From contig JARQWU010000078.1 in the NCBI GenBank assembly GCA_040182905.1, positions 1 through 37,256 on the forward strand: a stretch of 37,256 nt of DNA, given 5' to 3'. Positions within the stretch are counted from its first letter, which is position 1, and each line of letters starts with the position of its first letter. Shown piece by piece: positions 19,959-30,485 of the stretch. The position numbers and the translations under genes were made by a program. The DNA comes from Barthelona sp. PAP020 (Eukaryota). The notes under the pieces are model-generated. The model ran no database searches. It saw only the letters and a list, made by a program, of their open reading frames with translations, and had not been told where the DNA came from.

Positions 19959-21974
19959 TTAATTGTAGAATGGTTGGAGAAGTTCCACAATTTTGGAATG
20001 ACCTTGATCTCTGGCAATGTCCATTGGTGTCCATTTTTGTTGATATTTGAGATTTACATCAGCTCCATGATCTAATAGAAGTTTGACTGTGTCAAGGTGA
20101 CCATTTTGACAACTTACATGCAATGGAGAAGCACCATCATTATCACACAAATTAACATCAGGTCCATGATCTAAGAGCATTTTGGTAACATCAAGATGAC
20201 CATTTTGACAACTAATATATAATAGAGAACTACCATCATTAGGATACAAATTAACATTAGCACCATAATCCAAGAGCATTTTGGCGATATCAAGATGACC
20301 ATTTTGACAACTGATGTGCAATGGAGAACTACAATCATTAGGACACAAATTAATATCAGCCCCATGATTCAAGAGCATTTTGGAAACATCAAGATGACCA
20401 TTTTCACAACTGATGTACAATGGAGAAGCACCGTTATTATTGCACAAATTAACATCAGCTCCATGATCCAAGAGCATTCTGGCAACATCAAGATGACCAT
20501 TTTGACAACAAATGTACAATGGAGAAGTACCATTATTCTTACACAAATTAACATCAGCCCCATGAGCCAAGAGCATTTTGGCAACATCAAGATGACCTTG
20601 TTCACAACTGATGTACAATGGAGAAGCACCTTCATTCATACATAAATTAACAGCAGCGCCATGATCCAAGAGCATTCTGGCAACATCAAGATGACCTTTT
20701 TGACAACTAACATATAATGGAGAATATCCCTCATTCATACTCAAATGAACATCAGCGCCAAAATACAACAAAAACTCAACAATTTCTATATGCCCACTAA
20801 TAGCAGCTCCAAACAATGTTGTTCTTCCTTCTTTACCCTGTTTGTTCACATCAACACCAACTTTGATACACTGCTTGACAATCTCAAGATTACCATAAAA
20901 AGCTGCATAATATATCTTCTTTGGCCGACCATTATCTTCAAATCCATCCACATCAAACCCATCTGGAACAACAACTTGATCCATGTTATACTTACCATAA
21001 GGGTCAACTTCCTCTTCAATACCTGTCTCTTCAACCACAGTATCGACAAGCATCTTCAGATAATCAGCAATCAACTCAAAAGACGGACGCTCGGAAGGGT
21101 TTTCATTGAAACACAGGTTTACAATACCATGACCCGGAATCGAATCAATCATCTCGTCGGAGTATGGCAATTTCCCATTAAGCAAATACCTATACGCTTC
21201 ACTATCATCAATGCCCTCAAAAGGACGAATGCCTGTCATTACATAAATCATCATCACGGCAAACGCCCACACATCAATAGCCTTTCGATTAATTTCATCC
21301 TCATTTTCCCAAACAAGGATTTCAGGAGCAATGTATGCAATAGCTCCTACCATGGAAACCATTGAAAAACTGTTGGCATCTTTCACAGTTCCAAAATCGC
21401 TCAAAGCAGGAATAAACTTTCCACTTACCTTCCTCAAAAGAACATTGTTGGGTTTCAAATCGCCATGAACTAAGCCACATTCGTGACAGTAATCCATTGT
21501 GAAAGCAACCTGCATGAGTATTGTCAGCTTTTCCATCAACGAAAGGTTGGGTATTTCATATTCAAGAACTGAATCACAAAATTCCATAACTATCCCAATC
21601 TTGCCATTCATTTTGGTTACGCCATGAATTTGACGAATGCAAGGATGATTCAATGCCATTGGCATGCATTCTTTGAATAAATCATGTGCTGCCGGCTTCT
21701 TGTGAAAAAACTTGATGATATGAACAATTCCACATTTTTCAGCGGTGCTTAAGTATCCAAATGCTCCTATTGCGAAATAGGGATTAAGTATTTTAAAAGT
21801 AGATCCAAGAATTTCGGTAGGTTTCAGGGAATTTATAATCTCTGTGAATGATTCTAGATTGGGTATACGATTCCTACCCTTTGATCGCCAGTTTGCAACA
21901 AAAATAATGTCAACTTCTTTTTCTTTCAGTTCAATTATCTTTTTAAGGTGTGCAATGTCAGTGTTAACAACCAT
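19959..21974 (-). CDS. Protein kinase (TKL-like) with ~10 C-terminal ankyrin repeats
   Basis: IGAFG, IIK, HGDLKPNN, DFG, APE and DVWAFA, then 33-aa repeats SPLYISCQNGHLDVAKMLLDHGADVN. First ATG at 21974. Confidence 0.93.
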   Translation of the reverse strand: MVVNTDIAHLKKIIELKEKEVDIIFVANWRSKGRNRIPNLESFTEIINSLKPTEILGSTFKILNPYFAIGAFGYLSTAEKCGIVHIIKFFHKKPAAHDLFKECMPMALNHPCIRQIHGVTKMNGKIGIVMEFCDSVLEYEIPNLSLMEKLTILMQVAFTMDYCHECGLVHGDLKPNNVLLRKVSGKFIPALSDFGTVKDANSFSMVSMVGAIAYIAPEILVWENEDEINRKAIDVWAFAVMMIYVMTGIRPFEGIDDSEAYRYLLNGKLPYSDEMIDSIPGHGIVNLCFNENPSERPSFELIADYLKMLVDTVVEETGIEEEVDPYGKYNMDQVVVPDGFDVDGFEDNGRPKKIYYAAFYGNLEIVKQCIKVGVDVNKQGKEGRTTLFGAAISGHIEIVEFLLYFGADVHLSMNEGYSPLYVSCQKGHLDVARMLLDHGAAVNLCMNEGASPLYISCEQGHLDVAKMLLAHGADVNLCKNNGTSPLYICCQNGHLDVARMLLDHGADVNLCNNNGASPLYISCENGHLDVSKMLLNHGADINLCPNDCSSPLHISCQNGHLDIAKMLLDYGANVNLYPNDGSSLLYISCQNGHLDVTKMLLDHGPDVNLCDNDGASPLHVSCQNGHLDTVKLLLDHGADVNLKYQQKWTPMDIARDQGHSKIVELLQPFYN
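20045..20740 (-). repeat. 99-bp tandem array, ~7 highly similar ankyrin units
   Basis: The block CATCAAGATGACC...ATGGAGAAG...ACAAATTAACATCAG recurs with a 99-nt period. Confidence 0.9.
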
Positions 21975-22545
21975 TGTGTGTAAAAAAAGAAATAGAAAAA
22001 AAGTAAAGAAAAATTCATTTGTAATATTTTCCAAGAACAATCAAGCATTGTTTTAATTTTGTCGTTGTCCAAATGAAATGAATTGATTAAGTAGACTGGT
22101 ATGAGATATTTTTGTCGATATGTTATTTAATTCTTTCTTGAGATCTCCTTTTTCGAATTGATACCCAATTGAACTTTTAACATTAATTTAAACATTGTGA
22201 AAATGTCACACAATTCTGAAAGTTTGTCATGATGATATTTGTTCGAATTTTTTAAACAAAAGACATTATTCCAATTCATTTTTACAGATTTAATGATATA
22301 TTGATGGTATTGACTCACGAAATTCACAAATTAAACTTGCAAAAGTGCGATATGTGCCATCAAATTTCCATTTTTTCTTCCATTGATGAAACCTTTTTCA
22401 CTTCTTCATGAGAGTCTCCAATGTTGGAAGTATGTGACAACTTTCAGTGTAAATAAATAAAAGCAACATCATTTATAATTAATATTTTTTGTTCTTGTTG
22501 TGTTAGAATTGAACAATCGGTATTGTAATCTTAAGCAGGGATAAG

Positions 22546-22830
22546 GGATAAAAGTGGTCTAATACTTTTGTCTAGCAGTGATACAAACTTATTTATAAAG
22601 AAAGCAAACCAAAAAAGTCATTTTAGTAAATTTCGGCCAAAACACAGGGCGAGGAATACAGACTGAAATTCTATTTTGTGGATGATCCATTTTGTATTTT
22701 TGGAAGGAATTTCCTGTCCCTGTTTCTTTTGGATTTGGCAAAATCAATTTTTAAAGTTTAAACTTTAGCGCAAAGAAATTGAAAATTTCAACAGACCAAT
22801 CGGACCTCGAAAACTTCAAATTAAATAGAT
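22546..22830 (+). mobile_element. Copy B (more diverged, same orientation as A) of the MITE-like repeat
   Basis: Shares TTTAAAGTTTAAACTTTA with A. CATTTTAGTAAATTTCGGCCAAAA and CAACAGACCAATCGGACCTCGAAA closely match copy C. Ends are approximate. Confidence 0.6.
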
Positions 22831-22883
22831 TATTTCCAAGCCAAGAAGCACTGTCCGTATGTGTGAATAAAAAAGAATGGTGT

Positions 22884-23184
22884 TTATTTGGTTAAAGGCT
22901 TTCGAAGCCCGATTGATCTGTTGAAAAACTTTAGATTTTCTAAGGTAAAGTTTAGGCTTTAATATTTTGCTTTTGCAAAAATTCAAAAAAATAGTATTGA
23001 AGAATTTCTCCGAAATTCTCCTGCTTGATCGTTCCATTTACATCTCAGTCCCTCAATTCCCCTCCTGTGATTTTGACTGAAATTTGCTAGAATGAGTTTT
23101 CAGAGTTTACTTTCTTTGTAAATAAATATAGTTGTTTCACAACTTGACCAATAAATCGGACCTCGAAAGTCTTTAACCAAATAA
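22884..23184 (-). mobile_element. Copy C: 301-bp element with 31-bp imperfect terminal inverted repeats
   Basis: 22884-22914 (TTATTTGGTTAAAGGCTTTCGAAGCCCGATT) is the reverse complement of 23154-23184 (AATCGGACCTCGAAAGTCTTTAACCAAATAA) at 28/31 nt. TGT flanks both sides. Confidence 0.65.
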
Positions 23185-23535
23185 TGTGGAAGTTCATGCT
23201 CAATGAACGGAATTTATTGGAGATATAAAGAGGTCATTAAATATCACTTCCTTTATTTGTTGTTTCTTACCACCTTTAGGTCCAATTTTTTAAGTTACTT
23301 GGGCATCTGAATCCACGTGAGTTTTTCCCAAACCTTAAGCTAACTCGTTTCGTTGTTCACTGAACAACTCATACCTTGTTTAAGAAACAAAGTAGTTTGA
23401 AAATCTACTCAATAATAAATACGTTAATTTACTTTACTACTATTATAAACAATTTTTTTTTCAAATATACCCTGGAATTATTAAACAATTTATTTTATTT
23501 TATTTTATTTTATTTAATTTAATTTATTTTGCAAA

Positions 23536-25215
23536 TTATGAAAACAAAAGATTTTTGAGCAAGGAAACCAAAGGATTAAAATTTCCTTCATCCAAATCAA
23601 AATACTCAATCATTTCATAATGTTCCTTCAAAATATCTTGATAAGGAGATTCAGGAACAAAATTTGAACTCACACTTTTGAAAGTATAATCATCCAACAA
23701 ATATTGTTGAAAACTAGTTAAACCTTTGTGAGTCATTGTTTCTTTAAAGTTTTCAATTTGAGCTCTTGTCAACCAAAAATCCTTCTTTGTATTGATAAAC
23801 ACAGTAGATATTCCATTGATATGTTTAATTTTCTCAAAATCCACACCTGACCTGAGAAAACTGATTGGAATATTCTTATAATAAATATCTGAGCAATCAA
23901 TAGTGCCAAATGCTTTTTTAATGTTCGGTATTAGTTGATTAAAGGGTATTGAATCAGAATCTGGAATTGCTGAACAGTATAATTCTGGACTTAATTGACC
24001 ATTGAAAATTAAAAGTTTATTGATTGGCAAATTTGTCAAAGTAAACTCTGATTCTAACAATTCTTTATTTAGCAAAGTTCTGAATACAATATCGGCAGCA
24101 CTATCTGCACAAAATATGTTGAGTTTTTTTCTTTCTGTTCCAAAATCATAACCATATGAGATTTGAACAAATGCTTGGAAAAAATAAGTAGATTGAGAAA
24201 AAGCGTTCACTTCCAATGATTCATCACACGGTGGAATTTGAATGATATAACAGGCAATTCCTTGTTTCAGCATAGATCTACAAAATGCTGAATAAGTCAT
24301 CGCAGTTTCTAATTCATTCCAAAAACCACCACTCACGATGATTATTGGCATGTTATTATTATTCTTTGTCAAAGAATTTTCATAAATTCTAATAAACCGC
24401 TTCTCTTTTTTAACAAGACTAAAACCATCTCCATATTCATGATCCTCATAATCGGTAGCTATACATCGACCTGTTGTTGTATCAAAATATTCATCAAACA
24501 ATTGAAACTTTGTAACAATTTGATGGTTTTGCAAAACAATTTTTTTTTCAGCCGAAAGTACGTTCTTTGAACAAAAATCGTAACAATTAAAAGCAACTGT
24601 ATATAAAGCATCTTGATGGTAAATTTGAGGCATCAACGAATTTTGAAATAAAGAATCTTCAGCCTCAAAATAATATATACTATCCATGTCAATAGGATTC
24701 GAAAATGGAAAGTTATCCACAGCAATTCCCATATCATGAAAAGGAGAGTGATTTTCATTTAAGAAATTCCTACAATACATAGTGGCAATTTTCGTTAAAC
24801 TTGCTGACGAAGGTAAAGCAGAAGAACAATAATTACTGCTATTTGTGCATTTTAAAAAGGGTACTTTCAAAGCAGAAAATAATACAAATTTTGGTTGAAG
24901 ACATTCAGTGGCCTCACAACAGGATGAATATGCAGGATATATACATCTTATACAAGAATATCCTCCATATCTATATCCTCTTGGACACACGTAATTTGAC
25001 TGATCTTTTGACATTAATAAACTAAAAATTCCAATTATTAATGGAAACAACAAAAATATTAAACAACCATAACACATTAATTTTTCTTTTAATGTTTTTT
25101 CTCTTCGATATTGTGTATTTATCGTAGTCCATCCTTTTTGGGAAGTAATTTTTTTTCTTTGAGGTATTAATTGATATTGTTCTTCATAAAAACCAATTCC
25201 TAAATCATTATTCAT
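23536..25215 (-). CDS. Type II membrane protein: Cys-rich segment plus divergent alpha/beta-hydrolase-like domain
   Basis: TM at about aa 48-68; CPRGY...CIRC; PIIIVSGGFW (cf. HGGxW) and IFCADSAA (cf. GDSAG). Confidence 0.7.
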   Translation of the reverse strand: MNNDLGIGFYEEQYQLIPQRKKITSQKGWTTINTQYRREKTLKEKLMCYGCLIFLLFPLIIGIFSLLMSKDQSNYVCPRGYRYGGYSCIRCIYPAYSSCCEATECLQPKFVLFSALKVPFLKCTNSSNYCSSALPSSASLTKIATMYCRNFLNENHSPFHDMGIAVDNFPFSNPIDMDSIYYFEAEDSLFQNSLMPQIYHQDALYTVAFNCYDFCSKNVLSAEKKIVLQNHQIVTKFQLFDEYFDTTTGRCIATDYEDHEYGDGFSLVKKEKRFIRIYENSLTKNNNNMPIIIVSGGFWNELETAMTYSAFCRSMLKQGIACYIIQIPPCDESLEVNAFSQSTYFFQAFVQISYGYDFGTERKKLNIFCADSAADIVFRTLLNKELLESEFTLTNLPINKLLIFNGQLSPELYCSAIPDSDSIPFNQLIPNIKKAFGTIDCSDIYYKNIPISFLRSGVDFEKIKHINGISTVFINTKKDFWLTRAQIENFKETMTHKGLTSFQQYLLDDYTFKSVSSNFVPESPYQDILKEHYEMIEYFDLDEGNFNPLVSLLKNLLFS

Positions 25216-25397
25216 GTGGTTATCGAATTAAAATGATAAAAACTATGTACAACAATAAAAAAATTCAATTTCACAAAACAAAATTTTTGATACACAAATA
25301 TTTGAATAAATAAACAAAAAAAAAGCAAGATTAACTTTTATACATGAGTGCATTCAAACAAAAATCCATTAAAAATTCTTTTTTTTTTGTTTTTTGT

Positions 25398-28115
25398 TTA
25401 TTGATGTCTACTTCCATAAATTCCTGATTTTGAGAAAGTTGAATTTTTATTTTTTCTTAGTGATGAAGGTTTTGTACGAGGAGTTGTTATTTGAGGAGTT
25501 TTAATATCTGAATAAGGTGTCTTTGCCATTGGCGAGTTATCAAAATGACTAACTCTTTGTTTTTGTAAAGTTCTTACTGTGTTTAAAGCTTTAATTTTAA
25601 CTCTTTCAGATTCGGCTAATCGTCTTCTTAATTCATTTTGAGCTTCTACCGCGGATATAAGTTCAGAAACCGTTAAAGGCAATTTATTTTCTGTGATTAG
25701 TAATAATTCATTATCTACAAGTTCATTTTGTTCCAATAATTGTCGTTCTAAACTTTCAACTTTGTTTAACAAAAGTTTATTTTTTGTCAAAATTTGATTG
25801 AATTTTTCTTTATCTTTTTTGGTTGTTTGTTGCAATAGGTTCTTTTCTTCCTCAATAAAATTCATTTGATCTTTTAAAGTATTTATCAACTCTTCATAGT
25901 TATTCTTAATTGATTGCATATGAATATCATTTTTAAACGACTTTTCTTGGATGGTTATGTTATCAATACTCTCTTTCAATTTTTCAATAGTTGAACTTTT
26001 TTCTTCCAATAACATATCTTTATCTGCAAGCTCTTGCTTGAATCGAGTAATTTCAACATCATTTTTACGTTTCTCAACCAATAAAGCATTTTGTAAAAAA
26101 TTGTTTTTATTTTCGAGTTTTATTTTAAATTCTAACAAGGCTTCACATTCAACTTTCAAATCTTCATTGTATAAAGTTAAATCTTTCAGCTTTTCTTTCA
26201 AATTTACTTGATCATTTGGATTATTTTTTGATAATTGAATATATTGTTTATTTAAAAACTCATATTGTGTACTTAAAGTGCTTAATTTCAATTCTAATTC
26301 AGTAATTTCTTCAATTATTGCTTGTTTTCTTTCAAAAGATACTTTGTTAAACTTTTCCATTTCCTTTTCTTTTTCAATCAATTGTTCATTCGAATTCTTC
26401 AATATTTCAATTCTCTTTTCTGAATGTAATCTGTCTAACTCTTTTAAATCAATATCTTTTTCATTAAGTAAATCTAAATACTCTCTTTCCAAGTTATTTA
26501 TTTTCATTTCAAAGTCTTCTTTATTTGTTTCAAAATTTGTTTTTAAATTTGAATATTCTTCTTCCTTTATTTTGATATCTTTCAATAATTTGTTGAATCT
26601 TTCTTCATGTTTTAACATAGTAATTCCAACTGTTTGTTCTCCTAAATTTTTAATGTTCGTTTCCAACTCTATTTTATCTTCAGTTAATTTCCCTAAAATA
26701 TCGGTCAAATGTTCCCTTTGTAAAGTTATTTTTTCATTTATTTCAAGCGTCTTTCCATTTTGTTCAGATAAATATTCAATTTCATTCAAAAGTCTTTCTT
26801 TTTCTTTCTTCATTGATTCCAATTCTTTACACATCAATTTAATGTCATTATTTACCGTATTTCTATCATTAGTTAATTCATTTCTCTCTTTTAAAAGGAT
26901 ACTATGTTCTTTAATCATGTCTTGATATGCTTTATCAAAACTATTGTTTTCTTTTACCATTTCATCAATTCTTGTCCTCAATTCATCACGTTCAATTGTT
27001 AAATTATCCCGATCTTCCAATAGCTCGTCCCTTTCTACCATTAAAACATCTCTTTCAGCGTTTAATTGATCAATTTCTTCAACTGTTTCCTCTTTCACTT
27101 CAAGTAATTCTTTAGTAGCTGCAATAATGACCTCTTTTTCCTGTTCTTTTTCAATCTTTAAATTTTCAAACTTACTGATCTCTTCACGAAAAAAACTAAC
27201 TTTATTGCTAAAATCTTCCATTTCATTCTGTATTTCATTTCTTTCAACAATCAATTCATTATTCTCGACCTTTAATCTTTCTTTAGTTTCTTTTAATTTC
27301 ATTGTTTCCTTCTGTAATATTAAGTATTGATCCTTTAATCTATCAACATTCTCTTCTAATATAAATTTTGCTTCTTCTAATTGAATTTTCTCTTCTTTTA
27401 ATTCTTTATTAGCTTTGATTAATGTATCAGTATTGTGGGATGGACTAATAGCTTCAACTTCTTCAATTCTATCATCTTCTTCATCAACGTCATTGATTAA
27501 TAGACTTCGTTGTTGCTGATGGATAAGGTCAGAAAATTGATTCAAATGTCCAGTAAGACCTAATTCCTCTATCTTAGCAGGAGTCAATCCTTGCATATTA
27601 ATAGGTGTTTGCAATAGTTCATTATGATTTCCTTCCACATTTATTTTTTTTTTTTGTTTCAAAGAACTTGAAGTCTTTGTTTTTATCCTATTATTATAAC
27701 TTTTTAATGGATTCACTTTCGTAAATGTTTCACTTAATTTTGTTTTTGTTCCATAAACTTCAGTTTGATTTCCAGTAGATTCTTCCCAAAAAGTTCCCGT
27801 AGAATTCATACCAGAATATTCCAAATCATTATTCATTGCTCTAAGTGCTGCAATGTCGTTCATTTGCTCATAACTCATTTTTAATTTGGAACCTTTTTTT
27901 GAATTCGATAAAGTGGGAGAATCTTCTTTTAATTTGGCAAAACTTTTTGCAATAAAATCTAATGTGTCCTTAACATCAGACATCTCGGATTTAAGATCTT
28001 CAATAACATAATATGAATAATCATTTTCAATCAATTGATTTGCCAGTTGGGCATCTCTCATTTCTATTTCTCGTCGTAAATCGATCTGATTTTGCCTTTT
28101 TGGCTGAGGTGACAT
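25398..28115 (-). CDS. Long coiled-coil protein, 905 aa
   Basis: E/K/L-rich heptad pattern over ~600 aa; several S/TP sites in the termini. Confidence 0.88.
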   Translation of the reverse strand: MSPQPKRQNQIDLRREIEMRDAQLANQLIENDYSYYVIEDLKSEMSDVKDTLDFIAKSFAKLKEDSPTLSNSKKGSKLKMSYEQMNDIAALRAMNNDLEYSGMNSTGTFWEESTGNQTEVYGTKTKLSETFTKVNPLKSYNNRIKTKTSSSLKQKKKINVEGNHNELLQTPINMQGLTPAKIEELGLTGHLNQFSDLIHQQQRSLLINDVDEEDDRIEEVEAISPSHNTDTLIKANKELKEEKIQLEEAKFILEENVDRLKDQYLILQKETMKLKETKERLKVENNELIVERNEIQNEMEDFSNKVSFFREEISKFENLKIEKEQEKEVIIAATKELLEVKEETVEEIDQLNAERDVLMVERDELLEDRDNLTIERDELRTRIDEMVKENNSFDKAYQDMIKEHSILLKERNELTNDRNTVNNDIKLMCKELESMKKEKERLLNEIEYLSEQNGKTLEINEKITLQREHLTDILGKLTEDKIELETNIKNLGEQTVGITMLKHEERFNKLLKDIKIKEEEYSNLKTNFETNKEDFEMKINNLEREYLDLLNEKDIDLKELDRLHSEKRIEILKNSNEQLIEKEKEMEKFNKVSFERKQAIIEEITELELKLSTLSTQYEFLNKQYIQLSKNNPNDQVNLKEKLKDLTLYNEDLKVECEALLEFKIKLENKNNFLQNALLVEKRKNDVEITRFKQELADKDMLLEEKSSTIEKLKESIDNITIQEKSFKNDIHMQSIKNNYEELINTLKDQMNFIEEEKNLLQQTTKKDKEKFNQILTKNKLLLNKVESLERQLLEQNELVDNELLLITENKLPLTVSELISAVEAQNELRRRLAESERVKIKALNTVRTLQKQRVSHFDNSPMAKTPYSDIKTPQITTPRTKPSSLRKNKNSTFSKSGIYGSRHQ

Positions 28116-28362
28116 CGAACTTCAATTGGAAATAATTTTCTGTTGCCAATTTTTTCTGCCCAATTTTTTTTCTTCAATTTAAGCATAATAACAATAAAAA
28201 AATTGTTTTTAACATAATTAATTTATATTAAACAACTGAAACATGCTTAAAGAATCTCTAAATTAATTGTTCAAGATATTACCTGTGAGAATGTCAACCA
28301 CCTTACTTTTGAATTTCATTTCAAAAAATGTTATTCATTGAAAAAACATGACTCTTTAAATG

Positions 28363-28992
28363 TTATTTCACAACTTTCGATTCAATAATGGATTTTGAAG
28401 AAACTAAAGACTTGTTGCGTTGAATTAATCCTGAACATCCGGATGATGGTTGTGGTAAATTTCCAAATACAAAAGCCTTAGGACTTTCAATTGAATTGAA
28501 ATGTAAGGAATTATTTAATTCAAACTTCATATGGTTTATACAATTATTGGGGAAAGGAACGTCAATATGTTGTTCAATATCTTCCCAATCTTCATCTGAT
28601 TCACTGAAAATACCTTTTACTAGTTCATTTTCATTTTCCATTTCTCTATACAAGTCAGTGATGGAGTATAATCTTGGAGCTGTGGCATAAATTTCTTTTG
28701 ATATGATATTATTACAAATTATGTTCCTATTTATTTCAGCAGAAATCGGTCTCCTTTCTTTTCTTGACGGTAAATCCGCTCTATCTATATTTTGACTATC
28801 TGTAAATTGTATTACCCTATTATTTTTGTGTTCACCCATATTTTTCCCGTTTAAAGTGTTTGAATTTTCCAAATTTTGATTAAATAAATTAAAAATATCA
28901 ATGGAAGGTCGATTTTCATTATTAACTTCAGCAACTGCTTTGTGTTCGTGTATTTTTTTCCTAAATATATTAATGATGGGCTTATTTGACAT
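28363..28992 (-). CDS. Hypothetical protein, 209 aa, low complexity
   Basis: ATG-initiated ORF filling the gap between genes; no motif recognised. Confidence 0.65.
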   Translation of the reverse strand: MSNKPIINIFRKKIHEHKAVAEVNNENRPSIDIFNLFNQNLENSNTLNGKNMGEHKNNRVIQFTDSQNIDRADLPSRKERRPISAEINRNIICNNIISKEIYATAPRLYSITDLYREMENENELVKGIFSESDEDWEDIEQHIDVPFPNNCINHMKFELNNSLHFNSIESPKAFVFGNLPQPSSGCSGLIQRNKSLVSSKSIIESKVVK

Positions 28993-29276
28993 TCATAAAA
29001 ACAAAAAATTCTTCTTTTTATCGAACTGGAAAAAAAAGCTGTTTTTGTTGAGATTTCCAACTGACAGTTCCACTATTCTTTGGTAAAGTTATCAATGAAA
29101 AAAATACGAATTTTCTTTGAAGAGAGGTGAGTTTTAAAGAATTTGCACACGGATGTTTATTAAATCACAATTATTGGTTCTGTTTTGTAAAGTTATTTAT
29201 TTTAAATGGTATAAACAAGGTTAATTTCATATTTTTAAAAAATATTATATTTTTTTTTGTGGTACACAGATCATAC

Positions 29277-30306
29277 ATGAGTTCTGTGTCATTTTATCCT
29301 TCCATTGTATGATTTTTAAAAATTTAATTATCCTAACGGAAATTAGTTCAATTTGAAACCATGTAATGAAATGATTAGTGAAATATCGAAGTTTATTGAC
29401 GAACAAAAGAATGACCCTAGAGTTCACAATGGAGATGTAATTGAAATTGAAGCGAAATGGGGATCATTGATGGGTTTTTTAGACAGTCGATTAGATACTT
29501 TAGAAACTTACACAGAATGTTTGTTGAATACCCCAAAAAATTTTTCGTCCAGTATAACTGAAGAGCATTTTCAACAATTAAACTATCAGTTGAATCTAGA
29601 ATTTGAAAAATCAAAAAGTTTTAATTTTAAACCCAATATTTATGTACAATCGTTTTTTGAAGTTGATGTTCAGTTTCGAGGAAATGTTAGAGGAATAAAG
29701 AATTCAAGAAATGAGTTTGTAAGTTTTTTGTACAAAGAAAGACTCAATGATATTCACTTATATTTGCCAAATGATCCTTATGATATACGTATATCGAGTA
29801 ATATTGAGCGAGAGATCCATGATTTTGTTGTCAAAGATGAGATAACTGAAAGTATTGGTATTCGTGAAAAACACAGGATTTCTTATTTTTTTCAGGTTTT
29901 CAGAATTGATTTAACGCAAGTAATTGCAAAAAACTCAGCAGGAATTGAAGAAAATTCTACTTTTGAAGTAGAAATGGAAATTGATTATAAAATGATTCAG
30001 CAATTGTTGAAACCAATTAAAAATTGGTCTCACGACAGACTTTCATTCAAAGGAAAGATAGAAACCATCACTGATGTTGCACAATCCTTTTATGACAATA
30101 TTAAAGCAATAAATATCATGTTGAAGAATAGTCCCAATGTACCTTTGATATTAAATGGTAAGAAACAACCTGATATAGAAAATGAGAGAAGATCTAATTC
30201 TGAGACTAGCATTAATCCAATTCTTCCAAGTGGATCCATTGAAACCATGGACAACAACAAAGAAGAAGAAGAAGAAGAGGACGATGATGGCTATAGTGGT
30301 TGGTAA
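29277..30306 (+). CDS. CET1: mRNA-capping RNA 5'-triphosphatase, Cet1/CYTH (triphosphate tunnel metalloenzyme) type; exons 29277-29306 and 29347-30306
   Basis: EIEAKWG (motif A), DIRIS, REKHRISY, RIDLTQV and FEVEMEI (motif C). Splicing supplies an ATG start, MSSVSFYPSI|FNLKP. Confidence 0.88.
29307..29346 (+). other. 40-nt spliceosomal intron in the Cet1-like gene
   Basis: GTATGATTTTTAAAAATTTAATTATCCTAACGGAAATTAG; phase 0, links an upstream ATG exon in frame. Confidence 0.8.
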
Positions 30307-30485
30307 ATTGATATTTTGTTCCCTGTAGATGTACTTTTTTTTTTGTTCTTTTCACCTTATATATTCAAACCTGCAAATTGAAAACATATTGACCAATCAA
30401 TGGTACTTTGAAACACAAAAAAAAAACAACCCGAGAACTACAAACTTTTACACCAGAATTATTATTTTAAATTCATAAATTTCAT

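Noticed and set aside
22550..22583. Tc1-like terminal repeat (reverse strand CACTGCTAGACAAAAGTATTAGACCACTTT)
   Set aside because: It lies within the diverged start of repeat copy B and has no clean TA flank. The only partner is a 12-nt AT-rich match at 19947-19958, and no transposase is present.
23488..23530. (TTATT)n tract
   Set aside because: Ordinary AT-rich low-complexity 3' flank.
25951..27330. Antisense ORFs over the coiled-coil gene (likewise those over the ankyrin, ADH and membrane genes)
   Set aside because: Shadow ORFs caused by codon bias or repeats on the coding strand.
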